From the NCBI GenBank assembly GCA_012517355.1, contig JAAYVD010000110.1, forward strand, positions 1 to 64,000: a DNA stretch of 64,000 bases, written 5' to 3'. The translations under genes were made by a program, and so were the position numbers. Of the stretch, positions 1 through 9,079 are shown piece after piece; the first letter of the stretch is position 1, and every line of letters starts with the position of its first letter. This DNA comes from Candidatus Rifleibacteriota bacterium. Its GTDB lineage: Bacteria > Muiribacteriota > Ozemobacteria > Ozemobacterales > Ozemobacteraceae. The notes beneath the pieces were generated by a model, which was not told the DNA's origin, searched no databases, and saw nothing but the letters and a program-made list of their open reading frames with translations.

Positions 1-2
1 CC

Positions 3-134
3 ACCGGACCCTTGGAGGGGATGAACAACAAGATCAAGACAATGAAGCGGCAGGCATACGGCTTCCGCGATGTCCCATTTTTCAAGCTCAGGATCATGGC
101 TATTCATGAGACGAAGTACGCTCTTGTCGGATGA
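3..134 (+). mobile_element. 3' end of an ISL3-family DDE transposase gene, truncated by the window edge
   Basis: Frame-3 translation is ...EGMNNKIKTMKRQAYGFRDVPFFKLRIMAIHETKYALVG* with the stop at 132-134. The NNKIK..KR.AYGFRD..FFKL.I motif is the C-terminal signature of ISL3/IS1001-type transposases. Confidence 0.6.
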
Positions 135-568
135 ACCGGATTTTTTTTGACCGGGTTCCTTTCCTCGACCGCGTATCTGGCCTTCCTAGCCCGCTCTCGC
201 TTCGCCAGCTCGCTCTCCAGCTCGGCGATCTCGGCGGCGTTGATGGCGCGCTGGTGGTGATCGGCGCGGGCAGCCCCGCCGGGGCACCGATCCCAGCGTT
301 TTTGCACCCCGCTGGAACGTCGATATTCCTCCGAAATGCCGTACCATCGACTTCGTCGTTATCTTCAAACCCTCTTCCCTGGCCGATCTTCGCGGATGGT
401 TTACAGAATACACATCCCCGGACAAAGGCCGGAACACGCATCACCACAGGAAAAGCCGGTTTTTTTCGTGCCCACGGGAAAAATACACTGTGGGGAAAGC
501 CCGGTTACCTGGATGGTAACGAAGGTTCCCTGCGAGAATTGGGTAGCACATCAAAGGAGAACCGCACC

Positions 569-940
569 ATGCCCATGTCCATCCATACCATCATGCAAGA
601 GGTCACCCATCAAGGCGGGGCCGTCACCATCGACGGCCTGGCCGATATGTTCGGCGCCGACCGGGTCCAGTTCGACAGGTTCTTCCGGCTCCTGCTCACC
701 AACAAAAAGAAGATCCTGGAATTGACCGACGGCCGCCGCGCCCTCGAGGCAGAACGCCAGCAGGCGCACCAACGCCAGATGATCGAAGAAGAGGAACGCC
801 AAGCCGCGGCCCGGCGGGAAGCCGACAGGCTGAAGGCCCTCGAGGCAACCCCGAAGGCCGACCTGGTCCGCCGCCTCGAGCGGCTGGAAAGCGAAGCCGC
901 CGCCCGCCTGGCCGGCCAGGAGGGTGGCCGGAATGAGTAG
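569..940 (+). CDS. hypothetical small protein, part of an integrative-element cargo operon
   Basis: ATG at 569 preceded by AAAGGAGAA. 123 aa with a charged coiled-coil C-terminus. The stop overlaps the next start (ATGA). Confidence 0.55.
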   Translation: MPMSIHTIMQEVTHQGGAVTIDGLADMFGADRVQFDRFFRLLLTNKKKILELTDGRRALEAERQQAHQRQMIEEEERQAAARREADRLKALEATPKADLVRRLERLESEAAARLAGQEGGRNE

Positions 941-1337
941 CACAGCCGCCGATCTGCGCCTGGTTGTCGATGCCGCCAAGGCCCTGGAAGGCAGCAAGAC
1001 CGCGGCCCAACTGGTCGAACCGCTCGAGAACGCGGCCCGGGCCGTGGAGGCCGGCGGCCCCGCCCTCGCTGGCCATGCCCGGCGCCTCGTTCATGCCGCC
1101 GCCAATGCCGCCATGGCCGACCCCAGAACCAACGAGCTGGGCCTGCAGCTTCTCGCGGTGGTTGCCGGCATGCCCGCCAGCGCCCAGCCGGCCGACCCCG
1201 CCCCGGCGGCCCCGGCCTTCACCGATTGGGACACCTACCAGGCCGCGCCCCTGGCGATCAGGGAGGCATGGGCCAAGGCCCACCCGCAGCAGCTCAAGAC
1301 CTTGGCTGACCAGGCCATGAAGCCCCGCCGGTACTGA
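924..1337 (+). CDS. hypothetical Ala-rich protein
   Basis: 137-aa ORF coupled to the upstream gene by a 4-nt overlap, same strand. No recognisable family. Confidence 0.45.
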   Translation: MAGMSSTAADLRLVVDAAKALEGSKTAAQLVEPLENAARAVEAGGPALAGHARRLVHAAANAAMADPRTNELGLQLLAVVAGMPASAQPADPAPAAPAFTDWDTYQAAPLAIREAWAKAHPQQLKTLADQAMKPRRY

Positions 1338-1360
1338 CCCGGCCGGCCAGGAGGAACAGC

Positions 1361-1636
1361 ATGGAACCCCGCGACGATGCCACCCCCGCGAAGGGAAAGA
1401 AGCCTATCGAGCCTCGGAAGTGGAAGAACGGCCCCACCCCGCCCCCCGTGGTCCGCCTGACCTCGTTTGACGGGATCCGGCAGCACCTACAATGGGCCAT
1501 CAGGGAGACCGAAAACGGCTGGCTCGATCCGAAGGTATTGAACAGCCTGGCCGCGGCTATGAACGTCCTGGCCGGCATCCTCGAACGCCATGACCTCGAG
1601 GAGCGGGTCAAGAAGCTCGAGGAGGTCACCCGATGA
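1361..1636 (+). CDS. hypothetical protein
   Basis: 91 aa. AGGAGGAACAGC ATG ribosome-binding site. The stop overlaps the next start. Confidence 0.5.
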   Translation: MEPRDDATPAKGKKPIEPRKWKNGPTPPPVVRLTSFDGIRQHLQWAIRETENGWLDPKVLNSLAAAMNVLAGILERHDLEERVKKLEEVTR

Positions 1637-1851
1637 CGAACCTTCGCGCCCGCCTGGCGTTGCTCGAGGCACGCGCCCGCGTCCCGCTGCTGCCGCCCCT
1701 GTGGATCCACCTGGAAAGCGAAGAGTCCATGCGGTTCATCCCGCCGGAATACCAGCGTGACCCCGCCGCGGAGCCCGAGGCCGACCGCCGCGCCCGCCTG
1801 GCTGCCCACGGTGGCCGATCCATCGCGCTGCGTATGGAGGTCCGCCGATGA
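1633..1851 (+). CDS. hypothetical small protein, paralog of the next ORF
   Basis: 72 aa with an ATGA overlap on both sides. Shares the motif R(A/I)ALLEAR with the following ORF. Confidence 0.45.
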   Translation: MTNLRARLALLEARARVPLLPPLWIHLESEESMRFIPPEYQRDPAAEPEADRRARLAAHGGRSIALRMEVRR

Positions 1852-2126
1852 CCACCACCCTGGAGAAACGGATAGCCCTTCTGGAAGCCCGCCAACTCTT
1901 CGACCGCGCCCTTTTCAACCGTGTCTTCGAGGTGGCCAACGAGGGCCCCGGGAACCGGTTCTGGGAGGGCCTTGGAGTCCATCCGCCCGCGGCCGCCGCG
2001 GCCGCCTGGCACGCCAAGGAACGGGAAGAGGTGGTCGCCACCCTCGAGCAGGAAACAGGGGCCCCCCTCCCGCGTTGGGCCGGCCACCTGATTGACCTTG
2101 GGGTTGCGCTGAGGGACAGCCGGTGA
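1848..2126 (+). CDS. hypothetical small protein, paralog of the previous ORF
   Basis: 92 aa. The N-terminal LEKRIALLEARQLFDRALF resembles the previous ORF. Translationally coupled. Confidence 0.45.
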   Translation: MTTTLEKRIALLEARQLFDRALFNRVFEVANEGPGNRFWEGLGVHPPAAAAAAWHAKEREEVVATLEQETGAPLPRWAGHLIDLGVALRDSR

Positions 2127-2788
2127 GCGACACAGCCCCCGCCATCGGCCCGACCACCTGGCCGGCCGTGGAGGTCCCCCCGCTGCCCGATCCCCAGGCC
2201 GAGGCCATCCGCCTGGCGCTGGCGCCTCTGCTACCCACCATCCCCCTGTTCGCCGTGGCCGCCATCGCCCGCGAGGCATCGGCCCAGGCCCGCGCGTGGG
2301 GGCGGGTGACCCCGGACCTGATGCAGAGGCACCGGATGGAACTTCCAGCGGTCCTGAGCGAGGCCCGAACGACGGCCGATCAGGCTGCCGCCCTGGCCCT
2401 GGTCGGCCGCTGCGGGGGAATGAGGCTGTATTCCCCCCACGTCATGTCCCGGCAGCTTCTCAAGACGGCCGGCGTGGATTGCGCCAAGCACCTGGTCCGG
2501 TTCTGGAGCGGGGAGCCCCTCCATGTCCCCACGGCCGAGGCCCCGCTGCGCCTCGCCCGGAATGAGGCCATCTTGGAAAGCCGGGAGGCGGGGGCCGACC
2601 TGAACGATTTGGTACGGATGTTCTGCCTGCCCTATCCCTGGGTGATCCAGGTCCTGCGGGAAGGCAGGAGGACAAGGGCCACCCCCTCCCCAACGCAAGG
2701 AAGGGCCGTTTCCGGCGAAATTCCCCGGGCGCTCCCCGCCAGGGTCAGGCCGTCCGCCTCCCCGCCTGGTCACCCTGGCCGGCCCTGA
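2123..2788 (+). CDS. Mor-family-like transcriptional activator, phage middle/late regulator type
   Basis: GTG start overlapping the upstream stop. The C-terminal region RNEAILESREAGADLNDLVRMFCLPYPWVIQVLREG matches the Mor/C-family helix-turn-helix pattern. The 3' end overlaps the integrase by about 44 nt. Confidence 0.5.
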   Translation: MSDTAPAIGPTTWPAVEVPPLPDPQAEAIRLALAPLLPTIPLFAVAAIAREASAQARAWGRVTPDLMQRHRMELPAVLSEARTTADQAAALALVGRCGGMRLYSPHVMSRQLLKTAGVDCAKHLVRFWSGEPLHVPTAEAPLRLARNEAILESREAGADLNDLVRMFCLPYPWVIQVLREGRRTRATPSPTQGRAVSGEIPRALPARVRPSASPPGHPGRP

Positions 2789-3974
2789 GCCCGTCCAGGT
2801 AGTCGGCCCACCGCTGCATCATCTCCCGCCGGTCTTCGATGAACGAGGTCCGGTTGTAGGCCCGGCCGTTCGGGTCCCTGACGGTGTGGGCAAGCTGCGC
2901 CTCTATCAGGTCGGGCCGGAACCTCAAAACCTCATCCCCCAGCGTTCGGAAGACGGCCCGCCAACCGTGGCCGGTCATGGCCCACTTGTATCCCAGGTTC
3001 GCCAGCGCGGCTACCACGGCATTTTCCGACATGGGCCGCGATCCGTCAGGGGTCCTGGGGTTGGGGAAGACGAACCGGCCCCGGCCGGTCAGGGGATGCA
3101 GCTCGCGCAGAAGATCGACCGCCCGCCGGCAAAGCGGGACACAATGCAGGGTCTTGGTCTTGGTGACGGTGAACCGCCATTCTGCTGCCTCGAGGTTGAC
3201 GTCTGTCCATTCCATCTTCCGAAGTTCGCCAGGCCGAACCACCAGCAGAGGGGCCAGGAGCAGGGCCACCTTGACGGGCAGGGTCCCGCGGTAGCCTTCC
3301 ATCGTCTGGAGCAGGGTCCCCAGTGCTTTCTGGTCGGTAATGGCCGCGAAGTGCTTTTCCTGCGGCGGGGGAAGTGCCCCGCGGAGGTCCCGGGATGGGT
3401 CGGAGGGAATTCGGCCGGTGGCGACCGCGTACCGGAAGATCCGGGACAGGTCCCCCAACGCCCGCCTGGCCGTCTCGACCGCACCCCGCGCTTCGATCCG
3501 GCGGATAGTGGTTAGCAGGTCCGGGGGAGTGATCTCGACCATGTGCCTGCTACCCAACCATGGTAGCAGGTCTTTTTCCAGGCGGTCCATGACCCGCTTC
3601 CGATGGCCGGCCACCATTCCCACGGTCTTCGTCTCGAACCATTCGCGGGCGATCACCTCGAAGGAGTCCCCGGCCACCGTCTGCCCGGCTGCCCGCCCGG
3701 CTTTCCTGGTGGCAGCGGGGTCAATGCCGGCCCGGACCTGCTTCCGCATCATCTCCCGGGTCGTCCTGGCTTCATTGAGGGACACCCCGGGGTAATTCCC
3801 CAGCGACAGCAGGTGGGCCTTGCCGTGCAGCCGGTATCTGAACCGCCAGCGGCGGGTGCCATCCGGGAAAATTTCCAGGTAGAGCCCCCCGCCATCGAAA
3901 AGGTACTTGGTCTTCTCGCCCGGCCTGGCCCTCTTGACCTCAACGTCCGTCAGTTCCACAACGCGTTTCGGCAT
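2745..3974 (-). CDS. int: tyrosine site-specific integrase, P4-type with a DUF4102-like N-terminal domain
   Basis: Start chosen at MPKRVVELTDVEVKRARPGEKTKYLFDGGGLYLEI (ATG at 3972-3974). The ORF-track extension to 4136 would run into the tRNA-Glu region. The C-terminal catalytic domain has ...HGWRAVFRT... with a conserved R/H/Y pattern. Confidence 0.85.
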   Translation of the reverse strand: MPKRVVELTDVEVKRARPGEKTKYLFDGGGLYLEIFPDGTRRWRFRYRLHGKAHLLSLGNYPGVSLNEARTTREMMRKQVRAGIDPAATRKAGRAAGQTVAGDSFEVIAREWFETKTVGMVAGHRKRVMDRLEKDLLPWLGSRHMVEITPPDLLTTIRRIEARGAVETARRALGDLSRIFRYAVATGRIPSDPSRDLRGALPPPQEKHFAAITDQKALGTLLQTMEGYRGTLPVKVALLLAPLLVVRPGELRKMEWTDVNLEAAEWRFTVTKTKTLHCVPLCRRAVDLLRELHPLTGRGRFVFPNPRTPDGSRPMSENAVVAALANLGYKWAMTGHGWRAVFRTLGDEVLRFRPDLIEAQLAHTVRDPNGRAYNRTSFIEDRREMMQRWADYLDGLRAGQGDQAGRRTA

Positions 3975-4081
3975 GGTTGGATAGCACCATCCTTTCCGTT
4001 GGGTGTCTGCTATTATCAATGATATCCAAAAAACACGAATTCCGTAATATCGGGCCGGATCGGAACGGACGGCTAAAGCAC

Positions 4082-4110
4082 GAAGACCCGCCTTGTGAGC
4101 GGGTCTTCTT
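4082..4110 (-). terminator. stem-loop downstream of the tRNA operon (GAAGACCCGC-loop-GCGGGTCTTC)
   Basis: Perfect 10-bp inverted repeat with a 7-nt loop, followed on the minus strand by GTGCTTT. Plausible terminator for the tRNA transcription unit. Confidence 0.4.
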
Positions 4111-4143
4111 GATGGTGTGGGATGGCTTCGAACCACCCCCCGG
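4111..4143 (-). other. tRNA 3'-end-like fragment (T-arm-like hairpin GGTGG-TTCGAAG-CCATC plus CCACACCA); candidate att-site remnant
   Basis: Minus-strand reading is CCGGGGGGTGGTTCGAAGCCATCCCACACCATC, immediately 3' of tRNA-Glu. It has a T-loop-like TTCGAAG but no matching 5' half. Confidence 0.3.
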
Positions 4144-4217
4144 TAGCCCCAGCGGGACTCGAACCCGCGCTCTCAGCCTTGAGAGGGCTGCGTGTTAGCC
4201 GGTTACACCATGGGGCC
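4144..4217 (-). tRNA. tRNA-Glu (anticodon CTC)
   Basis: Minus-strand reading GGCCCCATGGTGTAACCGGCTAACACGCAGCCCTCTCAAGGCTGAGAGCGCGGGTTCGAGTCCCGCTGGGGCTA folds as a cloverleaf. Acceptor GGCCCCA/TGGGGCT; anticodon loop CTCTCAA; T-loop TTCGAGT. CCA is not encoded. Confidence 0.85.
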
Positions 4218-4223
4218 ATAGAG

Positions 4224-4294
<71 letters not shown>

Positions 4295-4306
4295 ATGGTA
4301 GTGCCT

Positions 4307-4335
4307 AATCTACCATGCCGGGCTTTGCAAGTCAA
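4307..4335 (-). promoter_or_regulatory. sigma70-type promoter for the tRNA-Gln/tRNA-Glu operon
   Basis: On the minus strand: TTGACT, a 17-nt spacer, then TAGATT about 12 nt upstream of the tRNA-Gln 5' end. The -35 overlaps the stop codon of the upstream transporter gene. Confidence 0.6.
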
Positions 4336-5477
4336 GCAGGGACGGACGCTTTTTCGGCGGGCCCGGCCGCCGACGCCGGAAGGCCTTCCGATGAGGCTCC
4401 AGGGGCCCGCCGGGCGGGCCGGACGAACAGCGACCGGTACAGGAAAATGGCGCAGGGGACCCCGAGCAGCAGGCCCCAGACCCCGAACCAGTGTTCCGAA
4501 AAGACCAGGATGCAGACCGCGATGAACGGGTGGACTGACAGATGGCTGCCGACGATGCGGGGGTTGAGGAAATACGCCTCGATGAAATGGATGACCACGA
4601 TCAGCAGGGCCGCGTAGAAGGCCATGGTGAACCCGCCGGCCTTGTAGGCGATGAGGCAGATCGGAACGCTCGAGATGATCACGCCGACCACGGGAATGAA
4701 GCTGCAGACGAACACGAACACGCTCAGGAACAACTTGCTGGGGATGCCCAGGACGGTCAGTCCGATGAGGGTGAGCAGCGTGTTCACGAAGGCGATGATG
4801 ATCTGCGCCTCGAAGGCCCGCCCGACGATGTCCCCGAACCGGGCGATCGGCGGGGAAAGGATCTTGAAGGCCTTCCCCAGCCGTGAGCCGCGCAGGCCCT
4901 GCACCTCGGCCGCCAAGCGGTCGAGATCCCACAGGATCAGGAAGCTGAAGACCATCGACAGGATGAAGTGGAACGAAGTCCGGAACAGGTTCTGCATGAA
5001 GACCGTCACGCTCTGGATGATGCGGGTGAACGCCTCCTGCACTCCCTCTTCCAGGCCGGCGCTCTTGGCGATCACGGCCCAGTCCTCGTTCTGCATGATC
5101 TCCTTGATCGAGGCCAGCAGCTTGTCCTTGGCTTCGGGGATCTCGAGCGACAGCGCCTTCCCCTCCTGGTAGACCTTCGGGATGACGATCATCCCCATGC
5201 CGAACAGCACCGCCATCAACAAGAGGTAGACCGCCGAGATGATGGCCCAGTGCGGCCAGGCCACCCGCCGGCCCAGGGCCCGCATCAGGGAATTGATCGT
5301 ATAGGACAGGATGAACGTCAAAAAAAACAGCGACAGGAAGTTCGAGACGAGGTAGAAGATCCCGAAGAACACGGCCCAGACCGCCAGTGCATAGAGTTTC
5401 CGGGCATGGCGGGAGACCCAGGACGGGGGCGCCTGGTCGACAGGGGGCGGGGGTGTGAGGGAAATGCTCTCAGCCAC
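4332..5477 (-). CDS. AI-2E family transporter (PerM/YdiK-like, UPF0118)
   Basis: 381 aa, polytopic. Typical AI-2E features: N-terminal TM helices, a central soluble loop and C-terminal TM helices. The GTG start overlaps the upstream stop (GTGGCTGA). Confidence 0.8.
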   Translation of the reverse strand: MAESISLTPPPPVDQAPPSWVSRHARKLYALAVWAVFFGIFYLVSNFLSLFFLTFILSYTINSLMRALGRRVAWPHWAIISAVYLLLMAVLFGMGMIVIPKVYQEGKALSLEIPEAKDKLLASIKEIMQNEDWAVIAKSAGLEEGVQEAFTRIIQSVTVFMQNLFRTSFHFILSMVFSFLILWDLDRLAAEVQGLRGSRLGKAFKILSPPIARFGDIVGRAFEAQIIIAFVNTLLTLIGLTVLGIPSKLFLSVFVFVCSFIPVVGVIISSVPICLIAYKAGGFTMAFYAALLIVVIHFIEAYFLNPRIVGSHLSVHPFIAVCILVFSEHWFGVWGLLLGVPCAIFLYRSLFVRPARRAPGASSEGLPASAAGPAEKASVPA

Positions 5478-6699
5478 GGGCTTTCTTCCTTCCGTACCCT
5501 ATCTGGTTTTCCCACCACCCGTCAAGCACACCCGCCCGTGCCAACTTGCGAAGCCGCTCGTGCACTTCGGGGATGACCTCGCGGGTCGGCCGGTCCTGCC
5601 AGACCGCCCCGGGCAGCGCCATGAACGTGTGCATGTGGATCAGAATGCCGAACCGGGCGACCAGGTCCTCCATGAAAGAGGCCAGTTCCCTTTGCTGGGC
5701 GGCGGTCTCCCCGGGCGTTCCGATGATGAAATCGACGTGCGGGGTGAAGCCGTAGGAGCGCAGCAGTTCCAGCGCCCGCACCGCCTGCTCGCGGGTGTGG
5801 CCCCGGTGCATCGCCTCGAGACGCTCGTCGATGCCCGACTGGACGCCGATGACGATCTCCTCGTTGGTCAGGTAGGGTCGCACCACGTCGAGCACCTCGG
5901 TGGTGACGAAGTCGGGGCGCACCTCGGAAGGGAAGGACCCGAGGCTGATCTGCGGGAACCCCGCCTGCCTGATGGCCTCGAGCAGGTCGCGCAGGGCGGC
6001 GGGGTTGGGGGTGCGGCCGTCCGACCCGTAGGCGAAGGCGTTGGACGACAGGAACTTGATGCGGCGCCGGTCGGGAAAGACCTTGCGGTAGGCCAGGGCG
6101 ATCTCGACGATGCGGTCGATGCTGCGGTGGCGCAGGGTTCCCTTGAACAGGCGGGGGACGGCGCAGAAATTGCATCCGAACCGGCAGCCCCGACTGATCT
6201 CGATCGGGGGGAGGTAGCCGATGAACGGGTGGAAGCCCGGATACCGGTCGAGGTCGACCCATTCCGGGCCGGTCCTGACGATGCCGGTGGGCGGGTCGCC
6301 GGCCAGCCACGCTTCGAGAAGGCGGGGGAAATACTCCTCGGCCTCGCCGCTGACGACCAGGTCGAAGCCGAGTTCGGCCACCGCGGACGGCACGGAGGTC
6401 GCCTGGGCGCCGCCGACGGCGAAGAAGTGGCGGTGGCCGGCCCCGAGGTCGCGGCGCAGGGCCTTCATTTCCGCGGCCACCTTGTCGGTGTGGGGCATCA
6501 TGTAGGAGTAGAGACGGAGCGTGGGATGCTGCGGGGGGATAGGGGGTGGCGGCCCGTATTTTTCCCAGACCATCGGGGTGAAGCGGTCGAGGAGGGCGGG
6601 CGGGCAGGCCCCCAGGAGGGCGCCCATGCTGACCTTGTTGTAATTCTGGAGGCGGATGAGAAGGATGGGTTTGTCTGTAGGGAAGAAATCAGCAGTCAT
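5470..6699 (-). CDS. B12-binding-domain radical SAM protein
   Basis: CRFGCNFC (CxxxCxxC) radical-SAM cluster motif after an N-terminal Rossmann-like B12-binding region. Start chosen at ATG 6697-6699 (MTADFFPTDKPILLIRL); the ORF track gives a GTG at 6735 as an alternative. Confidence 0.75.
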   Translation of the reverse strand: MTADFFPTDKPILLIRLQNYNKVSMGALLGACPPALLDRFTPMVWEKYGPPPPIPPQHPTLRLYSYMMPHTDKVAAEMKALRRDLGAGHRHFFAVGGAQATSVPSAVAELGFDLVVSGEAEEYFPRLLEAWLAGDPPTGIVRTGPEWVDLDRYPGFHPFIGYLPPIEISRGCRFGCNFCAVPRLFKGTLRHRSIDRIVEIALAYRKVFPDRRRIKFLSSNAFAYGSDGRTPNPAALRDLLEAIRQAGFPQISLGSFPSEVRPDFVTTEVLDVVRPYLTNEEIVIGVQSGIDERLEAMHRGHTREQAVRALELLRSYGFTPHVDFIIGTPGETAAQQRELASFMEDLVARFGILIHMHTFMALPGAVWQDRPTREVIPEVHERLRKLARAGVLDGWWENQIGYGRKKARG

Positions 6700-6825
6700 G
6701 CGCCGACATTCTAGCACTTTTCCGGGCCCGCGCACCGGAAAGGCCGGTGTACAGCACCTGCCACCGGAGTTGGCTGCTGGTATGGGTTTTGCTTATTATT
6801 TTCGCGAACCATCAAGGGGGGCCAG

Positions 6826-7374
6826 ATGAAGAACGTTATCGCTTTTGCCGTCATCCTTCTCTTCACTGCTGTTACCATCGGGCCGGCCGTGGCCGGGACC
6901 GCCGAAGACTTCCTGGCCCTCGGGCGCCAGTATGAGCTCGACGCTCTCAGCCCGGTCAACCAGTCCAGTGACCGGGAACTGTCGCTGAACTCCCGCGAGC
7001 AGGAGCTCACCAACCGCCTTCTGGCCTCGGAAGAGGAACTCGCCAAGGTCGCGGCCCGCGCCGGTGAACTCGAGCTCGGCCTGCTGGCCCGCCTGATCGC
7101 CCGGGTGCAGTTTGAGATCACCCAGGAAGGCCGGGAAAGCCTGCAGCCCTCCCTGAAAGCCCTGATGGCCGCCTTCCAGAACCTCGGTGGCGACCTGCGT
7201 GGCAAGAAGAAGATCGCCAACATCTACGGCAACGAGGTCAACCTCCTCGACGGCGAATGGAACACCACTCCCGACGGCCGCCGCTACTGGACCAGCAACG
7301 AGTATCCCGACATCATCCTGACCCCGGCCGACTACCGCCGCTACATGGCCACCGCGGTCACCGTCGAGGACTGA
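6826..7374 (+). CDS. secreted hypothetical protein
   Basis: Signal peptide MKNVIAFAVILLFTAVTIGPAVAG. 182 aa, no recognisable family. Divergent from the radical-SAM operon. Confidence 0.6.
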   Translation: MKNVIAFAVILLFTAVTIGPAVAGTAEDFLALGRQYELDALSPVNQSSDRELSLNSREQELTNRLLASEEELAKVAARAGELELGLLARLIARVQFEITQEGRESLQPSLKALMAAFQNLGGDLRGKKKIANIYGNEVNLLDGEWNTTPDGRRYWTSNEYPDIILTPADYRRYMATAVTVED

Positions 7375-7511
7375 GCCGACCACCACCGGCAACCCAGAGC
7401 ACTTCCAGACTCTCACGGGGGGCGAGACCAACCACGGTCCCGCCCCCCGGTTGCTGTACGGGCGATCGTTGCCGGAATGGGGCCAACAACCGGGGTGGTT
7501 TGGGCCCGGGA

Positions 7512-8639
7512 TCAGATCTCGGGTTCGCGGGTGAGGTGGTGGCGGATGGTTTTGGCCAGCCAGTCGATTTCGTCGGGAGTCAGGCCCTGGCCGATCTCCA
7601 GTTCCGCCTTGTCGCTGCGGGCGAACAGGATGGGCGTCCGCAGCAGGTTGCCGGGCGTTCCTCCGCCGCTGATGCCCTTTTCGAGTTCCTCGAGCTCCTG
7701 GGCGGGCATGGCGGTCTGGGTCTTGCCGAACCAGTCGGTCCGTTCGAGGGTGATGCCGCGCGGCGACGCCAGCAGCTTCTCCTGCTGGGTGACGGTGCGG
7801 ACGACGCCGGCGATGATGGCTCCGAGCACTCCAACCATGGGGAGCGAGACGCTGCCCAGCATGATGGCCACCGGGATCCAGGAGTCGGTCTTTTCGAACA
7901 TGAAAACCAACGGAACGAGCATGACCACGCCGAAGACGGCGACGAACAGACCACCGACGATCAGGGAGATGATGGCCGGTCCGGTGAACCCGACCTTGGG
8001 CAGGATGAAGGCCCCGGTGTCCTCCCGGGACTGGTACTGCAGGCGCGGCGGCGGACCACCGGCGGGCAGCGGGGCGGGGCCGTCCTGGCGCAGGATCCGG
8101 TCGCGGAGGGGTTCGTCGAGGCTGTCAGCGGGGCGGAAGGTGCGGACGCCCATCGACGAGTCGGCGATCCCGAGGCCGAGGAACTTGGCCAGTTTCTCGG
8201 CTGCCAGGCGGGCCTGGAAGTGGTTCCCCGGCGCTTCGATCTCGATCGGTTCCCCGCTCTTGCCCTCGAGCTGCACCGGGTAGACGGTATGCTTGTTCTT
8301 GCCCCCGCGCCGGTCGATGGAAATGCCGACCTGCTCCAGGTCCTGCAGGTCGCGCTCGGTGGTGCGGAAGGGGATCAGCAGGCCCCACCACTGGATGACC
8401 TTGCGGCGGCGCCGGTCGATCGACAGGCCCGACCGCCCCAGCAGGAAGCCGGCGCCGACGGCCAGGAACGGCAGGCTCATGAGCGCGGGGACGAGCAGGG
8501 CGGGGTCGAACCCCTTCCCGCCGGACAGCTCGACGAAGGGGATCGACAGCGTGCCGAGCCCTCCGAGAAAGAACGGCAGGCCGAACAACGACACGCAGCC
8601 GCCGCCATAGTGGAATTCCAGGACCTCCGGGTCGTCCAT
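7512..8639 (-). CDS. hypothetical membrane protein (TM segments at both ends, central soluble domain)
   Basis: 375 aa. GGGAGGA ribosome-binding site 5 nt before the ATG. Hydrophobic N- and C-terminal segments. Confidence 0.6.
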   Translation of the reverse strand: MDDPEVLEFHYGGGCVSLFGLPFFLGGLGTLSIPFVELSGGKGFDPALLVPALMSLPFLAVGAGFLLGRSGLSIDRRRRKVIQWWGLLIPFRTTERDLQDLEQVGISIDRRGGKNKHTVYPVQLEGKSGEPIEIEAPGNHFQARLAAEKLAKFLGLGIADSSMGVRTFRPADSLDEPLRDRILRQDGPAPLPAGGPPPRLQYQSREDTGAFILPKVGFTGPAIISLIVGGLFVAVFGVVMLVPLVFMFEKTDSWIPVAIMLGSVSLPMVGVLGAIIAGVVRTVTQQEKLLASPRGITLERTDWFGKTQTAMPAQELEELEKGISGGGTPGNLLRTPILFARSDKAELEIGQGLTPDEIDWLAKTIRHHLTREPEI

Positions 8640-8982
8640 CGCGATCCTCCCGCGGCAAGTGGGGAAGCGATCCCCCTGGGTCCATTATGGAACAAGTCTG
8701 GGCCGGACACAACCCGCCGGGTGCCCCTGCCGATCGGATGCCGGCAGGGCCCCAGGCGCCATGGGGGGTGGCGCGAAGCGCCAGTGGCGATCAGAACGCA
8801 TGAACCGCCCGCCATTCCCCCAGAGCGATCCGGGCATTCCTGATGATCAGCGGTTCCGGAAGACCTCTCCCCCGCCAGGAAGTCTGACCGGAGCGGAACG
8901 GCAAACCGTTCCGGTGTTCAAAGAGGAAAAAACTGCCCGCCTGTCCGGAGGGGGGTGGCGGCCGGCACCCCCGGACCCGACG

Positions 8983-9011
8983 TTGCCCCCCTGCGGAAAA
9001 TCACGTATACT
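8983..9011 (+). promoter_or_regulatory. putative sigma70 promoter for the SPFH gene
   Basis: TTGCCC, a 17-nt spacer, then TATACT, about 70 nt upstream of the ATG at 9080. Confidence 0.4.
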
Positions 9012-9079
9012 CATGCGGACCCCGCGTGACGGGGCGGCCGTTGCGTTCCGGCCCACATTCGATCGGGAGGAGTACCACC

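Noticed and set aside
100-447. Minus-strand ORFs (100-447, 104-307, 186-437) downstream of the transposase fragment
   Set aside because: They lie in the presumed IS terminal region, lack ribosome-binding sites, and have low-complexity translations.
3975-4136. Upstream extension of the integrase ORF to 4136
   Set aside because: It would run into the tRNA-Glu region and the terminator hairpin. The conserved DUF4102 N-terminus begins at MPKRVVELTDVEV, whose ATG is at 3972-3974.
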